27,267 nt of DNA from Verrucomicrobiota bacterium (lineage in GTDB: Bacteria; Verrucomicrobiota; Lentisphaeria; Lentisphaerales; Lentisphaeraceae), in assembly GCA_039798785.1 (NCBI GenBank), contig JBDKFG010000067.1, positions 1-27,267 on the forward strand. Reading direction: 5' to 3'. Positions 8,521-19,784 of this stretch are shown piece after piece; positions within the stretch are counted from its first letter, which is position 1; the number at the start of each line of letters is the position of its first letter. A program made the position numbers and the translations under genes. A model generated the notes under the pieces. The model did no database searches and was not told the DNA's origin. It worked only from the letters and a program-made list of their open reading frames with translations.

Positions 8521-10536
8521 TCAATCCTTCGCAGCAAAGCTGGTGGCATCGCCGATGACGCGCCCCATGAGTTTACGTGCCCGCAGGATGCCGATCGCCC
8601 GACGGCTGGCAGGATCTATCACCGGCAGGGATTTGATGTTCATCTCCCGCATGGTGTTGAACGCGGCAGTGATGTTGTCCTGAAGATTGACCGCTGCCGG
8701 ATGACGGGTCATGACATGCTCACACGCCGTGTCCCCGGGGAGCTGCTTGCCATGCGCCTTGACCAGATCGGTGAGCGTGATCACTCCGAGAAGAGGTCCG
8801 TTCTCCTCAGAAATAAAGAGCGACTCCCAGTCGCCGGTCTCGAAGAGGCGGGCAATGGCGTGCAGAGGCGTCGCGGGAGGGACCAGAGGCGGAGGCGGCT
8901 CCATCACCTGGCTGAGCGGAAGGCTGGCGATGGCATCGAGCACCTTGTCGCTGCTGAGATACCCACGCCGGATCTTGGCCTGGGCTATCGCCTGCCGCAA
9001 TGGCTCAAGCGCCCCGGAGATGCGCCTGAAGACCTGCGGACCGAGAACGATGACCTCGACAGGCCCGCGCGCTCGCACCGCCTTCGTGCGGGCACTGCGG
9101 TCGATCAGCGCCTGCTCGCCGAAGAAATTCCCCGGCCCCAGAAGAGCGATGGTCTGGGCGCCGTCTTGACCCTCTCGGACCACTTCGACCTCGCCTTTCT
9201 CAATGACGTAGAAGGCATCTGCAGGGTCGCCCTGGTGGAAGATCCAGTCCCCTGGTTCGTAATGGGCGTGCGACACCCGCTCGGTGTTCGATGCGCGTTC
9301 GTGCGCAAGGTCGCGAGGAAAAAGCAGCAACCAGGCCCAGTCGGCGCCGACTTTGATCCGTCGCGACAGAGTGGGAAGCTTGAAGAGGTAGACGCCGCGC
9401 CAGACGAACCAGGCCCAGAAGCCGGAGAGCTTGAAGCCGAGCATCTCGGCGACGGCTTTGTGGCCTCCGATCGAACAGAGCTGGCCTAGGCAGCGGAAGG
9501 AGAAGGGCTTGGTGCCTTCGCCACGCAGGACTCGGAGGATGTTGTCGGCCAGCTGCGACCCTTGACGCATGGCGAACTGTCCTGTGGGAGGCGAGGGCTG
9601 GCCGTCGTAGGCATTGGGGACGAGAGCGCAGTCGCCGCAGGCCCAGGCGGAATCGAAGCCCTTCAGGCGCATGTCGGCATCAGTGATGAGCTTGCCTTTG
9701 TCGGCAGCGGCCTTGAGCTTCTGGACGAAGGGAGCGGGGGAAGTGCCGACGGTGCAGACCACGGTGCCGGCCTCGAGGAAGCTGCCATCCTTGAGGCCGA
9801 CTCCCTCGGGTGTGGCCATGGCGGCGCGGGCGTTGAGGACGAATTTGATCCCGTGCTTCTTCATCTTCTCGAGGGCGAAATCGCGCAGGGAGCTGGAGAT
9901 TTCAGGAAGGATCTGGTCTCTGGAGTGGACGACAGTGACGGAAATCTCGCTCTCCGGCAACCAGGAGTAGTAACGGCGAGAAGAGCGCACCAGATCGTTG
10001 ATCTCGCCGGCGACCTCGACGCCGGAATAGCCGCCACCGACGACAACGAAGGAGAGGAACCAGCGGCGACGCATGGGATCGCTGCAGACCTCTGCCTTCT
10101 CGAGTTGGCGGAGGACGTGCGAACGCAATTCGGCGGCGTCGCCTACGGTCTTCAAGGGAAAAGCGTGGTCGGCCATGCCCGGGACGGAATTGAGGTCGGC
10201 AATGTTCCCTGAGCTGATGACGACATGATCGTAGGGAAGAGCCGCCTCGGCGCCGTCCCAGTCTTCGTAGACCACCTGTTTCTTCTCGAGGTCGATACTC
10301 AAGACCTCTTCGGTGCGGCAGAGGACGCCCGGAAGCATCTGCCGCAAGGAGGCCATGACGTCGGAAGGATCGAGGCTGGAGCCGACGCAGTCGGCCAGGA
10401 GCGGACTGAAGACCATGTGGTTCTCGCGGCTGAAGAGGACGACCTCCGCCTCCTCCTTCCTCAGCTTGGACATCAGCCGTTTGGCGCTGGCGACGCCGGC
10501 GAAGCCGCCGCCGATGATGACGATGCGTTTCATCAA
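8521..10536 (-). CDS. ndh: Type II NAD(P)H:quinone oxidoreductase (NDH-2) family flavoprotein fused to a cyclic-nucleotide-binding domain and a CBS pair
   Basis: IVIIGGGFAG (FAD Rossmann), VVVGGGYSGVE (second Rossmann), WACGD and PPTGQFAMRQG (variant of the AQxAxQ motif). Then IFHQGDPADAFYVIEKGEVEV...FFGEQAL...RT.AVRA (cNMP domain) and LSQVM...LLGVITLTDL...HVMTRHP...SLPVID...IGIL (two CBS motifs). Confidence 0.88.
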   Translation of the reverse strand: MMKRIVIIGGGFAGVASAKRLMSKLRKEEAEVVLFSRENHMVFSPLLADCVGSSLDPSDVMASLRQMLPGVLCRTEEVLSIDLEKKQVVYEDWDGAEAALPYDHVVISSGNIADLNSVPGMADHAFPLKTVGDAAELRSHVLRQLEKAEVCSDPMRRRWFLSFVVVGGGYSGVEVAGEINDLVRSSRRYYSWLPESEISVTVVHSRDQILPEISSSLRDFALEKMKKHGIKFVLNARAAMATPEGVGLKDGSFLEAGTVVCTVGTSPAPFVQKLKAAADKGKLITDADMRLKGFDSAWACGDCALVPNAYDGQPSPPTGQFAMRQGSQLADNILRVLRGEGTKPFSFRCLGQLCSIGGHKAVAEMLGFKLSGFWAWFVWRGVYLFKLPTLSRRIKVGADWAWLLLFPRDLAHERASNTERVSHAHYEPGDWIFHQGDPADAFYVIEKGEVEVVREGQDGAQTIALLGPGNFFGEQALIDRSARTKAVRARGPVEVIVLGPQVFRRISGALEPLRQAIAQAKIRRGYLSSDKVLDAIASLPLSQVMEPPPPLVPPATPLHAIARLFETGDWESLFISEENGPLLGVITLTDLVKAHGKQLPGDTACEHVMTRHPAAVNLQDNITAAFNTMREMNIKSLPVIDPASRRAIGILRARKLMGRVIGDATSFAAKD

Positions 10537-11237
10537 TTGACCACCATGCCTTCACCGGAGAATTCCAGGACGCGAAGGCGGACGCGAAGATCCTCGAGCT
10601 CCTTCTTACGGCTGATCAGGCGGCGGGTCAGCGCCAGCTGGCGCTGGAAGGCGGCCCGTTCGGCGGGTCCGGACTCCTTTGGCTTGGCAAGTTCCTTTTC
10701 CAGCTCGGCCTGTTGCGACTGGAGCTCCTCGATCTCACGGAGGCAGATGCGGCGGCAAAGCTGCTCGAGGCGAGACATCGAGGCGTCGCAGTTCTGCCCG
10801 GCTTCGCGCTGGCGCTCGATCTTGCGTCCGGTGAAAAAGGCATCGAGCCTGTCGCTGCATCCCGCCAGGAAAGCCTTGCCGCTGCCCGGCACCTCGCCCT
10901 CGAGCTCGTCGAAGCGCTCCCGGGCGGCCAGAAGCTGCAGACCAGCGCGCAGGTCGAGCATCAGCGCTTCATCACTGCCGCGAAGCGCCGCCCGAGACTT
11001 CCATTCAGCCAGCCAGGGCAGCAAGGCGGGGGCTTCCTCCGCGTAAAAACCTTCCAGAGAAGGGAAATCCGCCGCCGCGCAACGCCGAGCGACCTCTGCA
11101 TCCTCAAGATCTTCGAAGGCCTCGGGCCCTCCCAATTCGATCGCCGGAGGCGGGGCGGGAGGCGAGTATCCAGGACCTTGGCAGGCGGCGAGGACAAAGG
11201 AAAAGGCGCTGATCAGTATCCATTGGTGAGTTTTCAT
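10533..11237 (-). CDS. Putative lipoprotein with a coiled-coil C-terminal half
   Basis: MKTHQWILISAFSFVLAAC lipobox, Pro-rich tether, then E/L/R-rich heptads. Overlaps the ndh start by 4 nt. Confidence 0.75.
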   Translation of the reverse strand: MKTHQWILISAFSFVLAACQGPGYSPPAPPPAIELGGPEAFEDLEDAEVARRCAAADFPSLEGFYAEEAPALLPWLAEWKSRAALRGSDEALMLDLRAGLQLLAARERFDELEGEVPGSGKAFLAGCSDRLDAFFTGRKIERQREAGQNCDASMSRLEQLCRRICLREIEELQSQQAELEKELAKPKESGPAERAAFQRQLALTRRLISRKKELEDLRVRLRVLEFSGEGMVVN

Positions 11238-11377
11238 TTTTTTCTCCGGCTTCCATGGGCGAGGAAAGACAAGCTGCGTTATCTTAAGGCCTGCCTGCCC
11301 AAGATGCCAAGTCCGTGCAGCGAATTCGGAACTGGCAACGCGATTTTTCTCACTGTGATCTCGACCAAGGAAGCTAC

Positions 11378-12484
11378 ATGAGCGACGATCTCTACAAAAC
11401 CACCATCACCATGGCCATCCGCCCCGGGACGACCAAGGTCAACCCTTTGAGTGGCGCCGCCTCCAACAAGGAGCTCAAGCCGGCATTTTTCGTCCTTGAG
11501 AAGGGCCAGGTGAGGAAAGTCGAAATCGATGATGATCACTTCGTCTACACCATCGGCAAGGACCCCGATGCCGACATCCGGATCAGCGACGGCTCGGTCG
11601 CCGGCGTGCAGGTCTCCTGCGTCAAGTTCGGCGACCAATGGTTCTTCATGGACTGCGGCCCCACCGACAACAGCCTTTTCGACGGCATCTCGCGACGTCA
11701 GGTGATCATCCGCTCAGATGCCCGTCTGGTGATCAAGGTCGGCTCCGCCTGGGTCATCTATTGCGGCCTCGACAGCGACACCTACAACGAAACCGACTCG
11801 GTGGCCCTGCGCCGCTCCCTGCTCGAAATCCAAGGCCGGCAGCAGCCGGATTCCGCCTCGGTCACGCTGCGGTGCCTGGGGCAGGAGCAGACCTCCTCGG
11901 CCGCCCCCATCCTCGTCGGCTCCCATGAATCCTGCGACTTCCGCCTCCGCGACAGCAAACTGCCCCCCTTCGCCTTCGTCCTCTACTGGAACCAGAAAGG
12001 TTTGTTCATCGAGGACCTTACCCTCGGCAATCCCGGCCTTGAGGTCTCCGGCCAGAAGCTCATCGGCAGCCGATTGATCAACGACAGTCTCGACTTGACT
12101 TGCATCGGGCTGAAGTTCCGTCTTGAAATCCACGGCGTCCCCTCCGAACAGGCCGAAGAGATCACCAGCAAATATTCCAAGGTACCGCGACTCACCCTCA
12201 CCAACACCAGCGGCCAGCTCTCTTCAATCATTCTCATGCCGGCGCGCGACCAGCTCAGCATCGGCCGCAGTCCCGATGCGCGCATCTGCATTCCGGACCC
12301 CTCCGTGTCGCGCCTCCACGCCTACATCACGGTGAAGGAGAAACAGATCATGCTGCAGGACAACCAGTCCTCCAACAAGACCTTCGTCAACCTCAAGGAA
12401 GTGCAGCGCGCCATCCTTCGAGCCGGCGACATCGTCGAGTTCGGTTCGGTCCCTTTCCTCGTCCACTACGAAGCGCAGCGCTGA
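11378..12484 (+). CDS. FHA-domain protein (two degenerate FHA-like domains plus one canonical C-terminal FHA)
   Basis: C-terminal LSIGRSPD...PSVSRLHA...LQDNQSSNKTFVN...LRAGDIVEFG is a canonical FHA. ATG at 11378 follows AAGGAAG (the ORF track starts at 11315). Confidence 0.85.
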   Translation: MSDDLYKTTITMAIRPGTTKVNPLSGAASNKELKPAFFVLEKGQVRKVEIDDDHFVYTIGKDPDADIRISDGSVAGVQVSCVKFGDQWFFMDCGPTDNSLFDGISRRQVIIRSDARLVIKVGSAWVIYCGLDSDTYNETDSVALRRSLLEIQGRQQPDSASVTLRCLGQEQTSSAAPILVGSHESCDFRLRDSKLPPFAFVLYWNQKGLFIEDLTLGNPGLEVSGQKLIGSRLINDSLDLTCIGLKFRLEIHGVPSEQAEEITSKYSKVPRLTLTNTSGQLSSIILMPARDQLSIGRSPDARICIPDPSVSRLHAYITVKEKQIMLQDNQSSNKTFVNLKEVQRAILRAGDIVEFGSVPFLVHYEAQR

Positions 12485-12491
12485 GCGGGCT

Positions 12492-12598
12492 CAGTTTAAA
12501 CAGTTCAAGAAGTTTAAGCGAACCTGCATCTGCGCACTGGACCTTCCGATAGCCACCCCGTCGCTCAGCTTCTTCAAACCCTTGAACTTTTTAAACTG
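12492..12598. repeat. Imperfect 27-bp inverted repeat made of 9-bp subunits, upstream of uvrB
   Basis: Left arm CAGTTTAAA CAGTTCAAG AAGTTTAAG. Right arm reverse complement CAGTTTAAA AAGTTCAAG GGTTTGAAG. 17 of the outer 18 nt are identical. Confidence 0.8.
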
Positions 12599-12606
12599 GC
12601 TGACGC

Positions 12607-14634
<2,028 letters not shown>

Positions 14635-14636
14635 AC

Positions 14637-14664
14637 TTGGCAAATCCCCTCCCCTGTGTATCCT
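14637..14664 (+). promoter_or_regulatory. Putative sigma70 promoter with extended -10
   Basis: TTGGCA-16 nt-TATCCT with TGTG before the -10. A hairpin (CCGCCTAG-CCA-CTAGGCGG, 14675-14693) and an AAGGAG RBS lie before ATG 14725. Confidence 0.45.
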
Positions 14665-14724
14665 AAGGCGATTGCCGCCTAGCCACTAGGCGGAAGCCCA
14701 ACTCTAGCTGCCAAGGAGTTCGAC

Positions 14725-16800
14725 ATGCCCTCTGCCTACAAAATGAAAGACAGCCCCTTGATCATCACAGAAGGCGGCCTCGACCAAGTCGGCTGGATTC
14801 TCGACGTCTCAGGCTATCATTTTGATACGAACTCCGAAGCCGACCTCCGCAAAATCCAGATCTCCCCGGTTCTGGGCTACAATATTGGCCTTGCCAACTT
14901 CCCGACCTTCTCGCTCTTCGACATGTATCAGGGAATCCCTGTCTTCTCCCACGACGGCAAGGAGTTCTCACCTTACATCCGCCTCTCAGTCGACTTCGTC
15001 GGCAGCGCCGGCATCGCTCCGATCAATCTCGGCACCTTGGACTACTTTGCAGGCCATGGCATCCAATACTTCCGCGAAAACGACGACCCTGTCTTGGTCA
15101 ACAACGTCACCCCCGCCTTGCCCTATCATGGTCGAGTCAACTTGCAGGACATGTTTATCGTCTCAGATCCTGAAAGCCCGATCATCCGCTACGAAGTGGT
15201 CTCAGCACTCAACGGCAAAGTGATGATCGACAACCGTCAGGTGAAAGGCTTCAGCGTAGATGAGCTGGCCTCCGGCGTCGTCGAATTCCTCCACACCGGT
15301 AGCGCCCTCGACCCTGAAGTCGAGGTCATCGTCCGCGCCGTCGCCTTCGACCGCTCCTATTCCAACGAGCTCAGCACCACCTTCAATTACACATCCCCTG
15401 ATTCGGTCGTCACCAATCGCCTCAGCCTGCCCGCCGACCAGCGCGTCACCTTGAGCACCAAAAACTTCAAATTGGTCAACGACAACCAGCTCGAATCCAC
15501 CCAGTTCGACAACTACATCATCCGCTTGGACATCCAAGGCGCAGATGGCACCCAGGACTCGATCAAGATCTGGCAAAACAACATCGAAGTCGTCACCGCC
15601 CAATTCAAATACGAAGATCTCACCTCCGGCGACATCCAAATCAAATACCATTACGACGACAAGGGTGCCACCCAGGCCAATCTCGACATCGCCTACGCCG
15701 TCTATCGCAGCCAGACCGACTTCGACAACTCGGCCCCCTTCCTCCAAGGATTCTTGCCGATCCGCACCCTCGACAAGCCCTACAGCTTCAACGCCGCGCC
15801 CACCATCACCTATCTCGAAACCCCGTCCACTTGGGATGAAGGCAAGAAAAACCCCGTCTCCCTCGCCGACATGGGTATCAGCTCCATCGACGACGATTAC
15901 TCCGAGCCCACCGGCCTGCTCCTCACCATGACCAGCGTCTCCGGCGGAAAATTCACTCTCGACGACAAGACCACCAGATCCTTCACCCTCTCCGAAGTCA
16001 ACGAAGGCCGCGTCTTCTTTGTCCAAGACGGCCACCCGGGGCACAAGCCGACCTTCACCTTCACCCTCTCCGACTCCATGGGCAGAAGTGTCAAGTCAAA
16101 GAAAATCATCGCCGAACTCGCCGAAACCAACGACGATCCGATCCTCAAGATCGGCAGCGCCTTGGTCCTTCGCGAGAACAAAGAGGCAGTCCTGACCACC
16201 AAACACCTGAAATACAGCGACTCCGAATACAGCCCCGGCGTCGACGACGACAGCATCCGCTTCTTCCTCGACCAGAGCGTCGCCAACAGCTTCGAACTCC
16301 GCGTCGCCGGAACCGAAGACGTCAGCTTCAGTCTCGCCGACTTGAAGAGCAACCAGGTCACCATCACCGCCTTGAGCAATAGCGCCCCGAGCATCCGCTT
16401 CTACGTCCGTGATGAAGATTATGACGACATCCTCTTCACCGGTGAATCCAATCACATCAACCTGGTCACCTCCTTCACCACCGTCAACAACGCCCCGGTG
16501 ATCGAAAAGGCCAGCCTCGACGATGGTGCCGAAGGGGTCGTCGGCGACAACCTCTACAAGCTCAATCTCGGCGTCTACGATGACGAATGGATCAACGACG
16601 AAATGCTCAGCCAGCTCACCGTCAGCGTCGCCTCCAGCCACGGCGTCAAGCTCTTCATTGGCACCACGCAAGCGCAATACTTCAATTACCACCTCAGCGA
16701 CTTCGTCAGCATCAAGACTGACCCAGAGACCTACCAAGGCCTGATCCTGAAAATCACCGACGGCGTCAACACCGTCTACACCGAGAACCTCTTCGCCTAA
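14725..16800 (+). CDS. Cadherin-like / CSPG-type repeat protein (acidic, beta-rich)
   Basis: Repeated F(S/T)xxxL..G.V.F motifs (FSVDELASGVVEFLHTGS, FKYEDLTSGDIQIKY, FTLSEVNEGRVFFVQDG...FTFTLSD, FSLADLKSNQVTI) with NDDP/NNAP/NAAP linkers. Confidence 0.7.
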   Translation: MPSAYKMKDSPLIITEGGLDQVGWILDVSGYHFDTNSEADLRKIQISPVLGYNIGLANFPTFSLFDMYQGIPVFSHDGKEFSPYIRLSVDFVGSAGIAPINLGTLDYFAGHGIQYFRENDDPVLVNNVTPALPYHGRVNLQDMFIVSDPESPIIRYEVVSALNGKVMIDNRQVKGFSVDELASGVVEFLHTGSALDPEVEVIVRAVAFDRSYSNELSTTFNYTSPDSVVTNRLSLPADQRVTLSTKNFKLVNDNQLESTQFDNYIIRLDIQGADGTQDSIKIWQNNIEVVTAQFKYEDLTSGDIQIKYHYDDKGATQANLDIAYAVYRSQTDFDNSAPFLQGFLPIRTLDKPYSFNAAPTITYLETPSTWDEGKKNPVSLADMGISSIDDDYSEPTGLLLTMTSVSGGKFTLDDKTTRSFTLSEVNEGRVFFVQDGHPGHKPTFTFTLSDSMGRSVKSKKIIAELAETNDDPILKIGSALVLRENKEAVLTTKHLKYSDSEYSPGVDDDSIRFFLDQSVANSFELRVAGTEDVSFSLADLKSNQVTITALSNSAPSIRFYVRDEDYDDILFTGESNHINLVTSFTTVNNAPVIEKASLDDGAEGVVGDNLYKLNLGVYDDEWINDEMLSQLTVSVASSHGVKLFIGTTQAQYFNYHLSDFVSIKTDPETYQGLILKITDGVNTVYTENLFA

Positions 16801-16819
16801 TCTCCAGACAGTAAATTCC

Positions 16820-16850
16820 GCGGCGCGCCCCCACCGGCGCGCCGCTTTTT
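16820..16850 (+). terminator. Intrinsic terminator
   Basis: GCGGCGCGCC-6 nt loop-GGCGCGCCGC-TTTTT, 20 nt after the stop at 16800. Confidence 0.9.
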
Positions 16851-16914
16851 CATTGCAGCTTGTTCGGACTCCGCTAAGGTGTCTGGCACATCAATCCAAA
16901 CGGAGATTCAAACC

Positions 16915-18534
16915 ATGGCCGACTTCAACTACGCTCCCGCTTTCCAGATCGAGAAAGACGACACCAAGTACCGCAAGCTCGAACTCGGCGGCGTCGAATC
17001 CATCCAGCTCGGCGACCAGGAATTCCTCAAGATCGCCCCGGAAACCCTCACCGCCCTCGCCGCCGAAGCCTTCCACGACGTCTCCCACCTGCTCCGCACC
17101 AAACACCTCGAATCGCTCGCCAGCATCCTCAAGGACCCCGAAGCCTCGAAGAACGACAAGTTCGTCGCTCGCGAACTGCTCAAGAACGCCGCCATCGCCG
17201 CTAAAGGCGTCCTGCCCTCCTGCCAGGACACCGGCACCGCCATCATCATGGGCAAGAAGGGCCAGTTCGTGATCACCGGCGGCGATGACGAAAAGGCCCT
17301 CTCCGAAGGGGTCTTCCGGGTCTATGCCCACGACAATTTGCGCTACTCGCAAGTCGCGCCGCTCTCCATGTACGAGGAGAAGAACACCGGCACCAACCTG
17401 CCGGCCCAGATCGACCTCTACGCCACTTCCGGCAGCAAGTACGAATTCCTGATGATGGCCAAGGGCGGCGGATCCGCCAACAAGACCTATCTCTACCAGA
17501 AGACCAAGGCCCTGCTCAACGAGAAGTCGATGCTGAAGTGGATCGAGGAAGCGGTGCGCGGACTCGGCACCGCCGCCTGCCCTCCCTACCACCTGGCCCT
17601 GGTCGTCGGCGGCACCTCCGCCGAAGCCACGCTGAAGACGGTCAAGCTCGCCTCCGCCGGCTACCTCGATCACCTGCCCGAGAAGGGCGACCTCACCGGC
17701 CGCGCCTTCCGCGACCGCGAGCTGGAGGCCAAGGTGCTGCAGATCACCCGCGACATCGGCCTCGGCGCCCAGTTCGGCGGCAAATACTTCTGCCACGACG
17801 TCCGGGTCATCCGCCTGCCCCGCCACGGCGCCTCCTGCCCCGCCGCGATCGGCGTCTCCTGCTCCGCCGACCGCAACATCAAGGCGAAAATCACCAAGGA
17901 CGGCGTCTTCCTCGAACAGCTCGACGAAAGCCCCGAACGCTTCCTCCAAAGCACCGCCGCCGCTGCCGTTGACCAGCTCATCGCCCTCGACCTCAACGAC
18001 CCGATGGAAGTCAACCTCGCCAAGCTCAAGGATCAGCCCACCCTGACCCGCGTCAGCCTGAGCGGCCCCCTCGTCGTCGCCCGCGACATCGCCCACGCCA
18101 AGTTGATGGAGCGTCTCGCCAAGGGCGAAGGTTTGCCCGAGTACATGAAACGCTACCCGGTCTATTACGCCGGCCCCGCCAAGACCCCCACCGGCATGGC
18201 CTCCGGCTCCTTCGGCCCGACCACGGCGCAGCGCATGGACCCCTATGTCGGCCCCTTCCAGGAAGCCGGCGGCTCCCTGATCATGCTGGCCAAGGGCAAC
18301 CGCACCCCGCAGGTCCGCGAAGCCTGCGGCAAACACGGCGGCTTCTACCTCGGCTCGATCGGCGGCCCCGCCGCGGTCCTCGCCCAGGACAACATCACCA
18401 AGGTCGAAGTCCTCGAATACCCCGAACTCGGGATGGAAGCGGTGTGGAAAATCGAAGTCAAGGACTTCCCCGCCTTCATCATCATCAACAACAAGGGCGA
18501 GGACTTCTTCGCGAATTTCGAGGGAGAGGAGTGA
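16915..18534 (+). CDS. fumA: Fumarate hydratase class I (Fe-S)
   Basis: [77 protein letters not shown] at 16915 follows GGAG. The fumA/fumB distinction cannot be made from this sequence. Confidence 0.95.
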   Translation: MADFNYAPAFQIEKDDTKYRKLELGGVESIQLGDQEFLKIAPETLTALAAEAFHDVSHLLRTKHLESLASILKDPEASKNDKFVARELLKNAAIAAKGVLPSCQDTGTAIIMGKKGQFVITGGDDEKALSEGVFRVYAHDNLRYSQVAPLSMYEEKNTGTNLPAQIDLYATSGSKYEFLMMAKGGGSANKTYLYQKTKALLNEKSMLKWIEEAVRGLGTAACPPYHLALVVGGTSAEATLKTVKLASAGYLDHLPEKGDLTGRAFRDRELEAKVLQITRDIGLGAQFGGKYFCHDVRVIRLPRHGASCPAAIGVSCSADRNIKAKITKDGVFLEQLDESPERFLQSTAAAAVDQLIALDLNDPMEVNLAKLKDQPTLTRVSLSGPLVVARDIAHAKLMERLAKGEGLPEYMKRYPVYYAGPAKTPTGMASGSFGPTTAQRMDPYVGPFQEAGGSLIMLAKGNRTPQVREACGKHGGFYLGSIGGPAAVLAQDNITKVEVLEYPELGMEAVWKIEVKDFPAFIIINNKGEDFFANFEGEE

Positions 18535-18597
18535 GGTGAAGCGACCTAGGGGCCTTTGGGTCGCATGGGTCAAAATTCCAATATCCGGGTGCATCCA

Positions 18598-18942
18598 ATG
18601 ACATCTCCCGATAAATTTGACGAATGGATTTGCCGGATTCGCAGCTCGAATGCCGGCATCTACGAAGATGCCTATTGGAGTGATCGTCCACAAGGCCCCG
18701 ATGTCGTCCCGAGACTGATCGCGGAGCTTGGCGAGGCCCCCGACGGATACACGCGTGGCAAACTCCTCGAATTGCTCGGGGAAATGGGTGATCCTTCAGT
18801 CATACCCATCCTTGCTCAAGAACTGGATCACATGGATACCCAAGTCCGCCAATGGGCAATCTGCGCACTAACACAGCTTGCGCTCCCTGAGTCATTGACC
18901 TTGGTGCAAGCTTACAAAAAGGCGCATCCAGATGAAGTCTGA
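18598..18942 (+). CDS. Small HEAT-repeat (PBS-lyase-like) protein
   Basis: VVPRLIAEL...TRGKLLELLGEMGDPSVIPILAQELDHMDTQVRQWAICALTQL. Start codon uncertain (alternatives 18556, 18565). Confidence 0.7.
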   Translation: MTSPDKFDEWICRIRSSNAGIYEDAYWSDRPQGPDVVPRLIAELGEAPDGYTRGKLLELLGEMGDPSVIPILAQELDHMDTQVRQWAICALTQLALPESLTLVQAYKKAHPDEV

Positions 18943-19784
18943 TATTCCTGCCCCCTCCCTCCACCCCGTCCCCGACGGCTATCTCGTTCTGCTGGGCGAG
19001 ATCAAGCAGCGCGTCAAGCAAGCCCAGGTACGGGCGATGCCGTCAACGCCGAGTTGATCCGCCTGTACTGGGAGATCGGGGCCATGTTGGATGCGCGCCA
19101 GCGTCAGGAAGGTTGGGGTGCGGCGGTCATTCCGCGCCTGGCTCGCGACCTCAAGAACGACCTCCCCGAGGAGAAGGGATTTTCCGAGCGCAACATCAAG
19201 CAGATGATGGCCTTTCATCGCGAGTACCGCGACCTGGAATTTGTGTTGCACAAATTCAGGGTGCTGAGGAAGGTGCGCCCCGCATTCCCCCAGAGCTTCT
19301 GCTGCGTTTACCTTGGGGGCATCACGGCGTCTTGATGGCTAAGGTGAAAGATCTAGCCACTCGCCAGTGGTACATGCGAGCCACCTTGGAGCACGGCTGG
19401 AGCCGCAACATCCTCCTGATGCAGATCGAAAGCGCCGCACATGCCCGGCAGGGTCGGGCCGTCAGCAATTTTGAACTGCGACTTCCCGCTCCGGAGTCCG
19501 ACCTGGTCCAGCAAACGCTCAAGGACCCCTATATTTTCGATTTCCTGACCCTCGAAAGCCACTTTCATGAACGCGAGTTGGAAACCGGCCTCGTGGCCCA
19601 CCTCGAGAAATTCCTACTTGAGCTTGGGCAGGGCTTCGCCTTCGTCGGACGCCAATACCATCTGGAAGTCGGGGAGCAGAACTTCTATCTCGATCTGCTT
19701 TTCTACCACTTCAAGCTCCGCTGCTTTGTCGTCATCGAACTTAAGCTTAAGCGGGGCGCAGTACAGGGTCTGGGCAACCTGTAA
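18932..19784 (+). pseudogene. DUF1016 / YhcG-like PD-(D/E)xK nuclease pseudogene (two frameshifts, 3' truncated)
   Basis: Three consecutive frames give EIKQRVKQAQVRA / VNAELIRLYWEIG...GWGAAVIPRLARDL...GFSERN / LPWGHH...WSR...LKDPYIFDFL...ERELE...LLELGQGFAFVGRQY...DLLFYHFKLRCFVVIELK, then an early stop. Confidence 0.9.

Noticed and set aside
8384..9489. Plus-strand ORFs 8384..8683 and 8434..9489
   Set aside because: They are antisense to tRNA-Arg and the ndh fusion and show no recognisable motifs.
12485..12606. Canonical LexA/SOS box before uvrB
   Set aside because: No CTGT-N8-ACAG, GAAC-N4-GTTC, TGTTC-N4-GAACA or GTTC-N7-GTTC match was found by eye.
16891..18693. 600-aa minus-strand ORF
   Set aside because: Antisense shadow of the fumarase gene caused by strong codon bias; no motifs.
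19030..19260. Programmed frameshifting in the DUF1016 gene
   Set aside because: Two shifts with missing residues, no slippery heptamer, and a 3' truncation fit decay better.
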